62,935 nucleotides of DNA, filler included, from Rhabdomonas costata (GCA_019059605.1; 56 parts of 56 records of this genome joined end to end with filler, not necessarily neighbours in it); one strand, 5' to 3'. Positions 12,433 through 24,628 are shown, counted from the first letter of the whole stretch. Notes: generated from the letters alone by a model not told the origin. Program-made: numbers and translations.

Positions 12433-12993
12433 CCAAGATCGTTGGCGCAAAGATGAAGCAGTCCATTAGGACCTTAATGGCAACGATCCGCGGCGACTGG
12501 CTCGGCCCTGCAGACACAAAAAAGAAACGGTAAGCATGCCGGGAAGCATGCTAGAGGGGTGCTGGACCTTGGACCATTGACTGTTGGTTGCTGCTGTTGA
12601 CAGTGAAAAAGAAATTCATAAAAAAGCGGATAAAAACCTTTCCCCCGCAAAGGTGCAGCTAGCTTGGCAACGGCATAATCAAACTTACCTCCCCCACACA
12701 TGTTTGCACACGCAATGCAAAACTGCACGGAACAATCAGATGATGAAACACCAACTCACATCAGGTCTTTCATAACATCGACACAGGTTCTCACGAGATC
12801 ACCTCAGGTATATTGAGCCGATGAGCAGAGTAAAAGAAGAGAACGGGAAGACAGGAAGGCTTGGCAAGGCAGACCAATGTGCCGGTCCAGCATGATCAGC
12901 CAAAGGTGGTACACCGGAGCGTGAATCACGCTGTACCATAGAGACATCCGCAGAGTGCGGGAGGCATCCCACTGGGTGTGGCGGTGCAGCTGC
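12433..12993 (-). CDS. Mpv17/PMP22 family membrane protein; exons 12993-12875 and 12507-12433
   Basis: WDASRTLRMSLWYSVIHAPVYHLWLIMLDRHI|GPSQSPRIVAIKVLMDCFIFAP matches DxxRTxRM...PxxHxWxxxLD...KVxxDQxxFAP; intron phases agree. Confidence 0.85.
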
Positions 12994-13948
12994 CTGACAA
13001 TGACAGCACGGCATGTTTGCAATCGTTCTCGAAAAACTTCCAAAACCTTGGCCATTTCCATTGGCCATTTCCACAAAATAATATGGCAAAAGGAAGGAAT
13101 AACCAATGTGAGCTGAGCCTCGTCTACCCAAACTTATTGCCATTGTCTTGCCCAAAGCGATCATGCAGTCGGGTCAAATCACCCGCCACTTTCGCTTGCT
13201 TTGTAGGCGTACATTCCTGGGGCCCAAAATTGAGACATACACAAGGGGAACTTTGCTGCGCCATTTTTCTTTGTTGAAAATTGGCCATTGGCCTGCAGTG
13301 GACACAAGGAAGCTTCGCAGTTATAAGGCACGATCAGTTTGCTTCTATTCACAGCATTCCACCACGTGGCGGTCGATCGAAAGGAATTCCCTTGCTAATG
13401 AGAACGTCAACAANNNNNNNNNNNNNNNNNNNNNNNNNNNNNNNNNNNNNNNNNNNNTTAATTAATTAANNNNNNNNNNNNNNNNNNNNNNNNNNNNNNN
13501 NNNNNNNNNNNNNGTTGTGAATTAGTTTCCAATAGTTTCCTTTAGGTTAGGTACAGTCCTATGGTTGTTATGTTATGGGTGTTGTTGGCGCAAAACGGAG
13601 TTAAATGACATTCTCGGCCAAGACCCCAGGCCTTCTTCGGCTTCGCCCGTAAGAAATAACTGCAAACTTTTGCCACTTCAGATTTTTATCGAGAGAGACA
13701 GAGAGAGAGAGAACATGATCATAAAAAATGGATCGAAGAAACCAAGGAAAGAAAATTCCCTTTCATCTTTGAGAGCTGGGAAATGAAGGAACCTTAATTA
13801 ATGTATCGACTGATCTCTGGTTCCTGATCCAGTGTTTCATGTGTATTTGCACTGTTCCATCTGGAATACCTTCACGATACTTCCGCGTTTGCCAGATTCA
13901 TCGTCCAGCTTTTTCAGCTGGTTTAGTTTCTTCGGTTTGCAGCCTGAG

Positions 13949-14186
13949 ATGCGCTGCTCTGTTGTTGGGTGGTGGCGGCTGCTCCGCCCCAGCGCGGGGC
14001 TGAGGCAAGCGTTCAGTTCGTCTGTGACCGGGAGCGGAATCCGGAACGTTGCAGTCATCTCTCCTCCGGGCCATGGTGGGGCCACGCTGTGTGCTTCGCT
14101 GGCCGCGGCGGCGGGCTGCGCGGATGCCGAGTACAGCGGGCTGGGGTTCTCCTGCGTGCCCACACCGTCTGGGGTCCTCTCCCCTG
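13949..14186 (+). CDS. First exon of a divergent translation-factor GTPase homologue (EF-G/EF-2/LepA/TypA-like) with a possible mitochondrial presequence
   Basis: MRCSVVGWWRLLRPSAGLRQAFSSS (R/S/L-rich, no acidic residues), then IRNVAVISPPGHGGATLCASL aligning to IRNxxxxAHxDHGKTTLxDxL. The 3' bound is uncertain. Confidence 0.55.
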
Positions 14187-14639
14187 GAACTACTCTTTCC
14201 CTGTGTCTGTGCTTCGTCTGCTTTGGATTGGGGGACAGAGAAGGCCGAACAGGGCTGCTTTCCAACAAACAAGAGGTGATAAGATAAACGGCCCCTTTTA
14301 TCTTTGTTTGTATCGTGCAGAGCACATACAAAATGGAAGCTATAGTTCATTGTGCCAGAAGCACTGCCGGACACAGTGAACCCTCTGCAACTCTCCAAAA
14401 TGCTTCTTGTTTGTCATGATCTCCACCTATATACTTACGCTCTCATCTCTACCGCGCGCCTCCACCGTTCGCACGTTCTTGACCGCTGTCACATTCGCTC
14501 CCTCCCCCCTCCTTGAATCCTGCCTACGCTTATCCCAAANNNNNNNNNNNNNNNNNNNNNNNNNNNNNNNNNNNNNNNNNNNNTTAATTAATTAANNNNN
14601 NNNNNNNNNNNNNNNNNNNNNNNNNNNNNNNNNNNNNNN

Positions 14640-15292
14640 GTGTGGTGGAGCTGCTGCTGCGGCGCGGTGTGGACTTGCGTGTGTGCATGTTTGTGCGCTT
14701 TTGGGTTGGTTCTTCTCGGTCTTCCCTTTCGTCTGCACCCTTGTTTCGTCTTTTACATGTGTGAGTGCTTGAAAAAGGCTTTGATCCACTTTTGTAAGGC
14801 CCGCACAAACAGGCTCAAGGCAGACATTTACCAATGCACTCTTTCCTAAGAGACAAATTGCCCGCCACTGAGGCTCTCGTTTACTGATCAAATCTTATTG
14901 CTTCCGATTAGCCCCCGCCACGATCCCTCTGTGTCCGTTTGGCATGCCCGCAGTCCTCCTCCGTGGCCATTTTCGGCCGTGGCATCAGTCTTATTCACCC
15001 CACTTGCCCACGTGCTGGCTGTTTTTCGTCCACTTTTGTTTTTTTCGTTGCGTCGTATGTGATCAGATACGCGTCCTGCGGTCAGTGTTTTCGTTTTTAC
15101 CCACAGAGGTATTTGCGGACCTTGTGGCAGGCACCCCCCCCCCGGCCTTCTCAATTCTACCTATTCTACCTAAATTTGCTGACCACTTACCAGGTGCAAA
15201 CCCCAACTTGCCGTGCTGCGGAGCGGGCCTTACGCTGTGGATCGCTGCAAGAGAGGGCCACATTGAGGTGGTCGATCTGTTGCTCCGCGCAG
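14640..15292 (+). CDS. Ankyrin-repeat protein; exons ..14666 and 15194-15292
   Basis: VVELLLRR|GANPNLPCCGAGLTLWIAAREGHIEVVDLLLRA|G; the 99-nt exon equals one 33-aa ankyrin repeat. Confidence 0.85.
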
Positions 15293-15864
15293 GTACTGGT
15301 GTGACTTTCAATGCCGATCACACCTGTAGACTTGTGCTGCTGCTGTCACAGTTATCGCTGCATTAGTGCAGCCGCTGCACAGGAGGTCATTCAGCGAGCA
15401 TTGTGTGCAATGTACGGGCAAGCTCCGCGTTGTCGCGAATAGACGATGACGCGCAACGGGCGAAAAGCCAAAAGTCATACGTTCCCGTGACTATAGACAA
15501 AGCGGCGTTTGCGTGCAAACATGGGCGGTACTTTGTGTTCATGCAAAACTGGCGCTCAATAGCACTTTGCATGACCACTCTGAGCGTCCACTACGCAATA
15601 CGATTGGGCTACGAAAACAATGGGATCAGATAGCATCAAAGCAAAGCTTTAATAACCCACACACANNNNNNNNNNNNNNNNNNNNNNNNNNNNNNNNNNN
15701 NNNNNNNNNTTAATTAATTAANNNNNNNNNNNNNNNNNNNNNNNNNNNNNNNNNNNNNNNNNNNNGTTTGTGTGTACCGTACTGTTGGGGTCAAGGTTCG
15801 GTCGCTGGACTGGAAAGGCAAGGGGCGACATCAAAAGCATAGCGCGAAATGAAAAGATGCAGAC

Positions 15865-16167
15865 GTTTTCGCGAGCTATCCTCCTTTCCAAAACAGTGAC
15901 ACGGCCAGCTTTGTCACCAAATGCAATGAATCGACCGCTGGTGTCGTAGTCCACAGCGGAAATCGTCTCCCCTGAAAAATAATAAACGAAGAAGAGGTCT
16001 GCGTCGGTTGGAATGGGGTTGGGTTGGAAAACTTCAGGAACAACAAGCTTTTCCTGTCCCCAGAAACCCCGCAAGAGGAAAAAGCCTGCAAGCCCATCCA
16101 ACAACAGACCCTCCGGTGGCTCGGCAACTTCTGAGTCGCCATAACAATATTCGAACTTCCATTCCAT
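15865..16167 (-). CDS. PPP2R2: PP2A regulatory subunit B55/CDC55 family, N-terminal exons 16167-16110 and 15971-15865
   Basis: MEWKFEYCYGDSEVAEPPE|GETISAVDYDTSGRFIAFGDKAGRVTVLER parallels B55 WxFxQxxG...DIISxVEFxxxGxxLATGDKGGRVV; phases agree. Confidence 0.88.
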
Positions 16168-18643
16168 TGCAGCACAGGAAAGGAAGCTTGATAGAAAAGC
16201 TCCACAAACAAAAGGACCCCTGCGTAGGAATCACAATTCAGTGATTGCGTAACGGTTGTGTGTAGCATAATGGAAACCAATCGAAAAGCAATTGAAAAGC
16301 AATCGGCACGTTTCACAGAAAGCGTGGAGAACGGATCAATATATAGTATCGGTCATTTGCTGCGCTTTTTGCATATGCCCCTTTTGCGCACTCTGAACAC
16401 TCTGTGCGCTGGACTGATCAGATTATTGCTGATTCGACGAAAGAACCGCAGGCAAGTAGTTGGGGGGAAAAGGTGGTGCTGGTCAACCATAGAGGGGAGT
16501 GGAGCAGCGAAGGCAGTGAGTAGTCCGGTGCTCCCACGTTTGTTTCGCATTGCACGTTCATGCTCCATCCCTCCTCTTGGGTCCGAACTTTTACTTGTCC
16601 TAAGAATCCGGAGTGCAGAAAGGGCTCGGAAACGTCTGTCCGTGCGTGTGTTCGCGAGCAGTTTAAAAATGTTGAGAGAGGTCTGGCTCTGATTCCACCC
16701 AACTGCTCTCTCTCTCACTCAGAAGCCCCCATACAGTCCGCATCGCCATGGAGTTTTCCACTTATATACCTCCTCTGTTAGACAACACACCNNNNNNNNN
16801 NNNNNNNNNNNNNNNNNNNNNNNNNNNNNNNNNNNTTAATTAATTAANNNNNNNNNNNNNNNNNNNNNNNNNNNNNNNNNNNNNNNNNNNNGGGGTTTGG
16901 TGTGGTGTGTTTGGTGGGGTTTTTAGGTTCCCTGCTTACCCTGGGGCGAGGGGCGTTATACCGTACACCGCCGTTGTACGGTGAAGAACAGAATTGGCCT
17001 ATGCACCAGTGAAATGGCTTCACTATGACGCAAATCGCCGGGTAGGACCCAAACGTATGCCCGAGGCAACGTTGCCCCCTAAGCCAGCAAAAAGCGAGTT
17101 CCCAACAAGAGTAATAACCAACGTGAAAGACACCGGAAAGCCACATCACCCCTCACCACTCGACTTCATTGTCCTAGTTACACTTTTCCTCCCTTTCCCT
17201 CCCCCTTTCACACTTATCCCCGTTTTTCCCCGCATGCTTGCCTCCTCAGTTCTCAGTTCAACAATTCCCTGGACATTGCTGCTGTCAGTGTTGCTTCTTC
17301 TTCCACTACACAAAAGCGACACAAAAGCGGTTTTTGGATTTTAGCCCATGACCCATTAACTCCCCCCCTCCAATACACCAGATCGGTCGGGGTCCGTAAG
17401 ACCTCCAATAAAACTCGTCAAATGGGAGAATCTTGGCCAGTGGGTTCTGGCATCGGAGTGCGGACTGGGTGTCAGGGTCGGTTTATTTGAATGTACGGGA
17501 AGTTGTCTTCCCATTTGGTATGTTTGGAAAGCAAGTGTGCAAAGTGTTCTTGTTGTTTTTAAAAGTCGCATCCGGCAGAAAGGCAAAAGACATACTTTTT
17601 GCTCTGTAAGACAATAATAATGAACGTACAGCAGGCCTCCCGAAACACTGCGTGGCCGGTCCCTGGGGCCGGAGATTCCCGACCTTTCACCCTCGGCCGG
17701 TTGTAGTGCCCCTTGGCGGCTCTTTCGTAACCCTTGTGCGACGCTTCTTGCCCCACGCAGCGGAGGGTTTTTGCGACAGCACCCACAACGTATTTTACAA
17801 GGAGCTACTCACGCCGAAAGGGGCTCGGCAACTGGCTCTTGGCCGCCTGCAGCCCACAAAAATCACTGCATCACTGTCACCCCATGTTCCCGCGTTTGGC
17901 TTTTCACCCACAACACANNNNNNNNNNNNNNNNNNNNNNNNNNNNNNNNNNNNNNNNNNNNTTAATTAATTAANNNNNNNNNNNNNNNNNNNNNNNNNNN
18001 NNNNNNNNNNNNNNNNNGTTTGTTGGGTCACGGGCTGCGGGGGTTGCGGAGCGGGCCCTGAGGGCGCTCTCGTTTGAGCAGAAGGTGGCGCAGATGGTGC
18101 AGCACGACATGAATGTGATCGGAATCGTATGCGGCCCCTCTGGCCCCCTCCGGCAATGCTTGGGCTCGTGTTTTGCCCACTCTTACTTTTCGCCAATAAG
18201 TTTACCGCTTGCGCATCAAGTTGCGATATTGGGTGAGGGGAGTGGACGGTATAAAGTTTCCATAAGATATATGAACATTATACTGCATGCTGCATAATAC
18301 TGTGGTGTCGTGATAAGATTCATGTGGCTCTTGTGCAATAGTGTGCGTTTGTGTGCGTGTGTGCGTGTTGGGGGTGCTCAGGAAAGGTGCACCCAGCGTT
18401 TCGATGCATTTTTGGCGGGAGGGGAGAGGGAGGGTGTTGAGCGGCCGTGTACGAGGAATTTTATATTGTGGTGCCTTTCCTTGGTAATTCTGGAAAGCGG
18501 AATTTGCTGACCGTAACGGATGATGAGCGGTTCCCAGAAGATTTCAGTTTAATATAACAGAGTTCACAGGCGATGCATGCCGCCGCGCGACGCCAGTGGT
18601 ACGCAGAACCCTTGATGCCTTTACACGCTCATTTTGTGTCCAG

Positions 18644-18904
18644 ATGGACTACGACCCTGCGACCAACAGCATGGTGCTGAACGGGGCCAAGCTGGCGGGA
18701 TACATCAACGCCACCAAGGGGATGGGCTCCCTGTTTAGCGCCCCCAGCGGGGTGGCGCTGCTGCATGGCGAGATGACCCTGATACCTCCCACCACCAACG
18801 TCACCGTGCTGTGGCCCGACCTGCAGGGTGCCCTAAAGGCCGTCACTGGGGACATCCCGGCCTTCGTGAATGGATTTCCTACCTGCCAGCCCTCGGACTG
18901 CAAG
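18644..18904 (+). CDS. Internal exon, unknown (possibly secreted) protein
   Basis: CAG/GT-bounded, strongly GC3-biased exon MDYDPATNSMVLNGAKLAGY...CQPSDCK. Confidence 0.6.
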
Positions 18905-20329
18905 GTTTTGCACTTACCATGTCAAAAGGGTGAGACCACAAGCATAGTCAATCGCATATTTGGCATAAATTGCAGAATGTGATCTAGACGCTTCGAATGC
19001 ACATGAATCAATTTTGCTGACATGATTCTTAAACCCCAAAACCNNNNNNNNNNNNNNNNNNNNNNNNNNNNNNNNNNNNNNNNNNNNTTAATTAATTAAN
19101 NNNNNNNNNNNNNNNNNNNNNNNNNNNNNNNNNNNNNNNNNNNTGGCTAAGGCTATGCAGGAGTTGAACGAGTGGAGGATGGTTGCCCAGGTATCTCCAC
19201 AGTTACCGACCCTGAGTAACATTCCACCAGTGTTGGAGGATCACGCCATGGTGACGTATGTTATGGAGGTGGTTGAACAGATTGAGGGATCGGTTCTGAT
19301 TATTGAGGTTATGAGGAGGAAGCTTGTTTCCAGAGAATTGTTGTCCCAGCCTCAAAAGACGAGGCAGTGGGTGAAGTATGTCCATCGAGCCCCGAAGCCC
19401 CTCCACAGCCACCGGTTGCAGATACGTTGGGAGAGATTTTGCGACAGCTGAAGTTGTGTAGGTTACAGTTGGTGGAACCTCCCAGAGGAGGTAATGCACA
19501 GCAATGGACGGGAACCACAATGACAGGGGTGGCCAGAGCCACGCCCTCGACTTCCACAGAGATTGCAGTTCCCAAGGCGGCTCCAGAGACAGTTCCAAAG
19601 TTGAGGCCAGCGTTGGTACAGCATTCGGTTACGGAAAACAAGAGGGAGCGTGGCGAGGCCCCTGGTGCAGTCTACGAGCATACGTGGGTAGGGACCAGTT
19701 CCATACCGGAGGCTAAATTTCCCAAGCCTAAACCAAGCCAGACAACCACAACTGAAGGGATTTCCACAGGCAACAGGCCTTCATAATCCACATCCACATA
19801 TGCTGGAGCTGTTCAGAAAGCTGGTGAGAAGACTCGGACTGTAGTTGTTTGAGACCCTGCAGAGGTAAGTTGGGGTTGGGGGAGTGGTGGAAAGGAAGCG
19901 ATGCAGACGGATGGACCAGAGTGGGGAGCCACCCGACCAGCCACTTCTTCCACAGTTACACAGGCCGGACACTCGAGGTCATCCACAGTACCCAGTGAAG
20001 CGGTTGCGAAGCCCAAATCATCCACAGTTCCAGAGTCAGACACAATGGTGAATGAGAGGGATAGCAGACCACTTCCAGAGGTAGCTTTGCCCAGAACTAA
20101 GAATGCAGAGTATTGGGAGGCTTTGCGTTGGTTGGTTCCAGGGGATATCTTGTCAGGAAGACTCCCAAACNNNNNNNNNNNNNNNNNNNNNNNNNNNNNN
20201 NNNNNNNNNNNNNNTTAATTAATTAANNNNNNNNNNNNNNNNNNNNNNNNNNNNNNNNNNNNNNNNNNNNCGGGGGGGGGGGGGGACAGCATCCCAAACA
20301 AAAGTGCGGTATAGTATGTCAGCGTGGGT

Positions 20330-21241
20330 GAGCCGAACAGGTGGCTGCGTTTCTGGAGAGCGCAGATGTCTGATTCGTCTGCGTTGGGAAAGAACACGTT
20401 TTTGCTGCTGATGCAAAGTGGAATGTGTTCCTCATCATCGAGAAGTTACCAAGCCCAAACCACAGACATTAAGATGCAAAGATGGAACGTTTGTTCGTGT
20501 GACGTGTGTGCCGAGGGTGCGCATGAACATCCCCACAAAACCAAAATTGACTGCCTCGGTTGTTGCAAAGCTGATATCCTCGAGTCATTTATGCAAAGAC
20601 AGAGAGGGGTGGGGCGGTGGAAACGCTATCGACAACGGGACACACTCGCTAAAAAGGAAGTGAGCAGATGACGGGGAGGATGGAGGGACTGACATGGTAA
20701 AATAGCTCGGCGCCAGGCAAGCCAGCACACCTCTGTAGAGCTCGTACGCACCGTGTCGCAGCAGCAAGTCCAGCATCTCCGCGGTCAGCGCAGGCTGCGC
20801 GTACAAAACAAGGACGGACGTCGTTGCCAGCGCACGAGTGACGGAATGATGGGGTGGATTGCGTGTGTGTGCGGGTGTTGGTAGGACGCAGCCCTAACCC
20901 TTGCCCACATTCCCGCAGGCTTCCTACAGGACATAGGGCACACAGTGCAAGCAATGATGAAAAGAAGAAGCCCCTCCCCATGCCTTCAGGGAGCTGGACT
21001 GTCCACCACCCGCGAGCACGGCGTGGTCCAGGCCGAGTTTCTGCAAGAAAAAAATCCAGAACCTCCGACAGATGGCAGAATAACAGGTTCCAGGATGAAA
21101 CGTTTGTGACTTTTTTTTTGAGAGGATGGCGAGAGGAAAGGAAGGAAAAGTAGCTGCGAACGCACACAGCAGCAGCAGCACCTTGCTGGCCACCTCAAAC
21201 ATCTTCTCCTCGTACGTCCCCTCCGTGAGAAGCCGGTAGAC
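20330..21241 (-). CDS. SNF2-family chromatin remodeller, CHD type, region after the helicase C domain; exons 21241-21182, 21040-20984, 20794-20731 and about 20400-20330
   Basis: VYRLLTEGTYEEKMFEVASK|KLGLDHAVL...|PALTAEMLDLLLRHGAYELY matches CHD6-9-type VYRLxTxxxYExxMFxxASxKLGLDxAVL...LLRxGAY. Confidence 0.9.
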
Positions 21242-21883
21242 CTGAGATTAACAGGAAGCCGCGCGATGTGCGAGCGTAGCGATGCATCCCGACGTNNNNN
21301 NNNNNNNNNNNNNNNNNNNNNNNNNNNNNNNNNNNNNNNTTAATTAATTAANNNNNNNNNNNNNNNNNNNNNNNNNNNNNNNNNNNNNNNNNNNNGTGTT
21401 GGTGTACACGCTGTAGTCCAGTAACTGGTGTGTATGTGAAGGGGGGTGGGGTGCTTGCTTTGCGATCAGCAAATGGTAGCACACACCGTAACAAAGACAC
21501 TCACGAACACAAGCTGCCAACAAGGCTTTTGAGTAGCACTTCCATTCTCGGAAATGGATGAGGGAAGGGGTGAGTGCCAAAATCATGACTACCTTCGGGA
21601 TTCGGGATGGGAGATTAGTCTTCTCCGCTTTGAGGATCACGTGGGAGCTGCTGTTTGTGCTCCCGCGGCACAGGTTGCCTCTGCATTTGTTGCGGTGCGA
21701 TGTTTCGGTGATAGCAAGACACGTCTGTAGCGCTTGCATTTGTTTATGGCGATCATCCATTCGGTTCGCTTCGTCCAATCCTCACCGGGTTGGCATGACA
21801 GGTGAGTGCACCATATCTTTGGTTGGGTCTCGCAAGGAAAACGGGAAAACCCAAGTCCTTCACACTGTCCCCTTCTTTTGCAG

Positions 21884-22144
21884 GGCCCGCAGGAGTGGAG
21901 CCTCTCCGTGCCCGGCGCCAGGCAGCTGCGGCTCAGCTTCGACCCCGCCGTGGAGCTCGCAAACTCGGCGCTGACGGTGTTCCAGCCCAAGACGGGCGCC
22001 CCGCCCGTGGTCAGGGTCCCCGAGCTGGCCCTGCGCGACATGGCCTTCTTCACGGACCACCTCCTGGTGCAGTTCCGGCCCAGTACCACCACCGCGAACA
22101 ACGATAGCTCTACCGGTAGCCACCGCGGCGTGCTCTACGACTGC
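21884..22144 (+). CDS. Exon with a CUB-like beta domain, unknown protein
   Basis: GC3-rich exon after a pyrimidine tract and CAG; WSLSVPGARQLRLSFD resembles the PGAxxLxxxFD CUB-like strand pattern. Confidence 0.45.
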
Positions 22145-22733
22145 GTTTTCATAACTGCGACCGCTGATCCGTTTGCTGGGTCATTTGTATCCCTGTTGCT
22201 TTCACTTTGGGTTCTATTTCCTTTTACCTCGACAGAAGTGCAGAAGTACCTTCCCTTTGCGCATGTCTTGCAGGTAGGATGAGAGGCGCCAGACATGCCC
22301 ACGCTATAAGGCTTTGGACGTCAAAAATGGGGGGTAGTCGAAGAAGGGAGCGTTCAACGTCAAGCCCCCAGGCAAAGCGCATTGGTTGTACCTCTTCCCT
22401 GCCCAAAGGTTCCCACAACCCNNNNNNNNNNNNNNNNNNNNNNNNNNNNNNNNNNNNNNNNNNNNTTAATTAATTAANNNNNNNNNNNNNNNNNNNNNNN
22501 NNNNNNNNNNNNNNNNNNNNNGTGTTGGTGTGTTTGGGGGTGGGTTGAGTACGAAGCGGGTGGGTGTCTGTGGCTCACGCGGGCTCCATCGTTGAGACTT
22601 AAGTTGAAGGTTGTAGGTGTGGAAGTGGTATGGGTTTGCGGTGGTGAGGGACATGGCTATCACCCACCTATCTATCGAGTAAGGCACACCCAGTGGATGT
22701 GTTCCGGGGGTACCGTGAGCGTGCGCCTAGTGT

Positions 22734-23031
22734 GAGGGAGGGGTGTTATAATGTGGCACAGGAGAATGAAAGGAGCCAAGTTCCGCACTGAATACAGGTC
22801 CTGTGTTGAAGTTTGAAGGTGGATCAGGTGATGCGCTGCGTGGAAGACTTCCAAAAAGGGAGAGCCCAACAGAAACGGAAGGCAAGCTCCTTCTTCGCTT
22901 CTGGGCTGGAGTGTTTTTTGATAGAATGCCTACCTTTTTAGCGTTTAGGCCACACTTGTCGAAGTTTCGGTTTTGATTCCCTTTGGTGGGCGAGCGGTGA
23001 TGCTCTCAAAGCGCGGGCCTAAGACATAACA
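22734..23031 (+). mobile_element. Candidate polypurine tract plus 3' LTR (22744-23031) of an LTR retrotransposon
   Basis: GAGGGAGGGG directly followed by TGTTAT; ATAACA at the other end of a 288-nt segment forms a 6-bp terminal inverted repeat with TG...CA ends. Confidence 0.5.
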
Positions 23032-23043
23032 ATCTCCCAAAAG

Positions 23044-23173
23044 GATCACTCTTCCGCCCGGCAATCGCCACGACAAGGCCGACCAGTGGACGCTCTCCGC
23101 GCTGTTCACAAGCTGCAGCCTGGCGTTCAGTGAGCAGGTCGAGCACGAGCAGATGACCTTCGACGTTGAGCTG
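23044..23173 (+). CDS. Internal exon, unknown protein
   Basis: GC3-rich ITLPPGNRHDKADQWTLSALFTSCSLAFSEQVEHEQMTFDVEL between an AAG acceptor and a GTGAG donor. Confidence 0.5.
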
Positions 23174-24006
23174 GTGAGGCTGCTGAGAGGTCTCAAGGAA
23201 GATGGTATGCTGCGTCGATCTTGTGTTCACTTTATACTGGATTTCTAACCTACACTACTGGGCGAAGACACAGAGCAGCAGAGTTGCAGCTTCGTAAACC
23301 GCGGTTTAATGCGATATCGAAAACTTTTATAGAAACAGGATTGATTTGCGCGCCAAGAAGCCCACGAAGCGGTCAGAAATATGTAGAAAACTCGAAAACC
23401 CGCTGGACACAGAAAACCCTCACGACAGCAATACCCCTGCAGCTTTCTTCGTGCATCTAGCGTAAAAGGGTTCCTACTTTTGTTTTTTTGCAAAGGAGAT
23501 TGAAGGAAAAACGGGAACACAGAAGCACCCAACCGGGTCTCACACCCNNNNNNNNNNNNNNNNNNNNNNNNNNNNNNNNNNNNNNNNNNNNTTAATTAAT
23601 TAANNNNNNNNNNNNNNNNNNNNNNNNNNNNNNNNNNNNNNNNNNNNTTTTGTTTTGAATACCCGCCTCCTGCTTGCCGAGGAAAACCTGCCACATCTTC
23701 AAAAATGTTCCAGTGAAACATTATCAGTTTATTGATGTTTGCTTTTTACTGATCTCTGTAGACAGGGCGAAGCCGAATCAAACCCGAGGTCTTTTGCACT
23801 CCCGCTTCTCTCGATGCATGGAACTGAATTGTTTGCAATGATATAGCGGCTTCCAGAATTCTAGGATTTTAGGATGCTCTTTGGATGCAGCCTTCGAAGC
23901 CGGTCATGCAAATTGGCCAAATCAAACCCCCTACCGTCTGCTTGAAGCAGGCGTGGCTTTTCAGGAGGTGGTTCCTGGTTGTTTTGTGTTTTCTGTGGCT
24001 TGTCAG

Positions 24007-24628
24007 AGCCTGCAGCTTGCTCTGACCTTTGGGATCTCCGCGCTGTGCATGCTCGTCCCCGCAGTGCGGCAAGTGTGCGTGAACCACTACTTGGTCATTC
24101 AGCTGTATGCCGCCTGCTTGCTCTGGCGTGTTTGAAAGTGGGCACAGTCGTCCTGCGATTGTCTGGGGGAAAACCAAGTGAAAAGTGTGCTTTTTTTCGC
24201 ATCCCTTCCTGTATGGGCGATACAAAAACGACTCTGCGCATCCCGCAAACCGTTTTAAAACTTTCGCACCCCTGACCCATTCTGCAAAGAATTGGTGGCA
24301 TGGAGGTGACGAAAATGTCCACTTACTGAATGGCAAAAAGAAGGCGATTGCAGCATTATCGAAGGAACGAGCTGACTGAATGAGAATGACAAGAAATTGG
24401 ACAGCTTTCTTTGAGGCTTAATTTTCTGCGCATTGGCAGAGTCGATTGCAATCATTCGATGTGTTCAACCCCCTCATATTGTTATGAAACAAAGCGAACC
24501 CTCTGTCACAGGGGAACACTTTTCCCATGTATTGGTGTGCTGCTGCTTCTGTTCGCGGTGCGCAAGAGTTATCCAACCAACCTGTTGACCCTGGGACTGT
24601 TCACCCTGCTGGAGTCCTGGAGCCTGGG
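24007..24628 (+). CDS. TMBIM/Bax inhibitor-1 family, lifeguard (LFG/GAAP-like) membrane protein; exons 24007-24104 and 24512-about 24628
   Basis: SLQLALTFGISALCMLVPAVRQ...|GTLFPCIGVLLLLFAVRKSYPTNLLTLGLFTLLESWSLG matches QLxxT...RxxxPxNLxxLxxFTLxExxxxG; phases agree. Confidence 0.88.

Noticed and set aside
23140..23176. MTFDVELV as an FKBP C-terminal motif
   Set aside because: The upstream residues lack the FKBP YG...IPP pattern.
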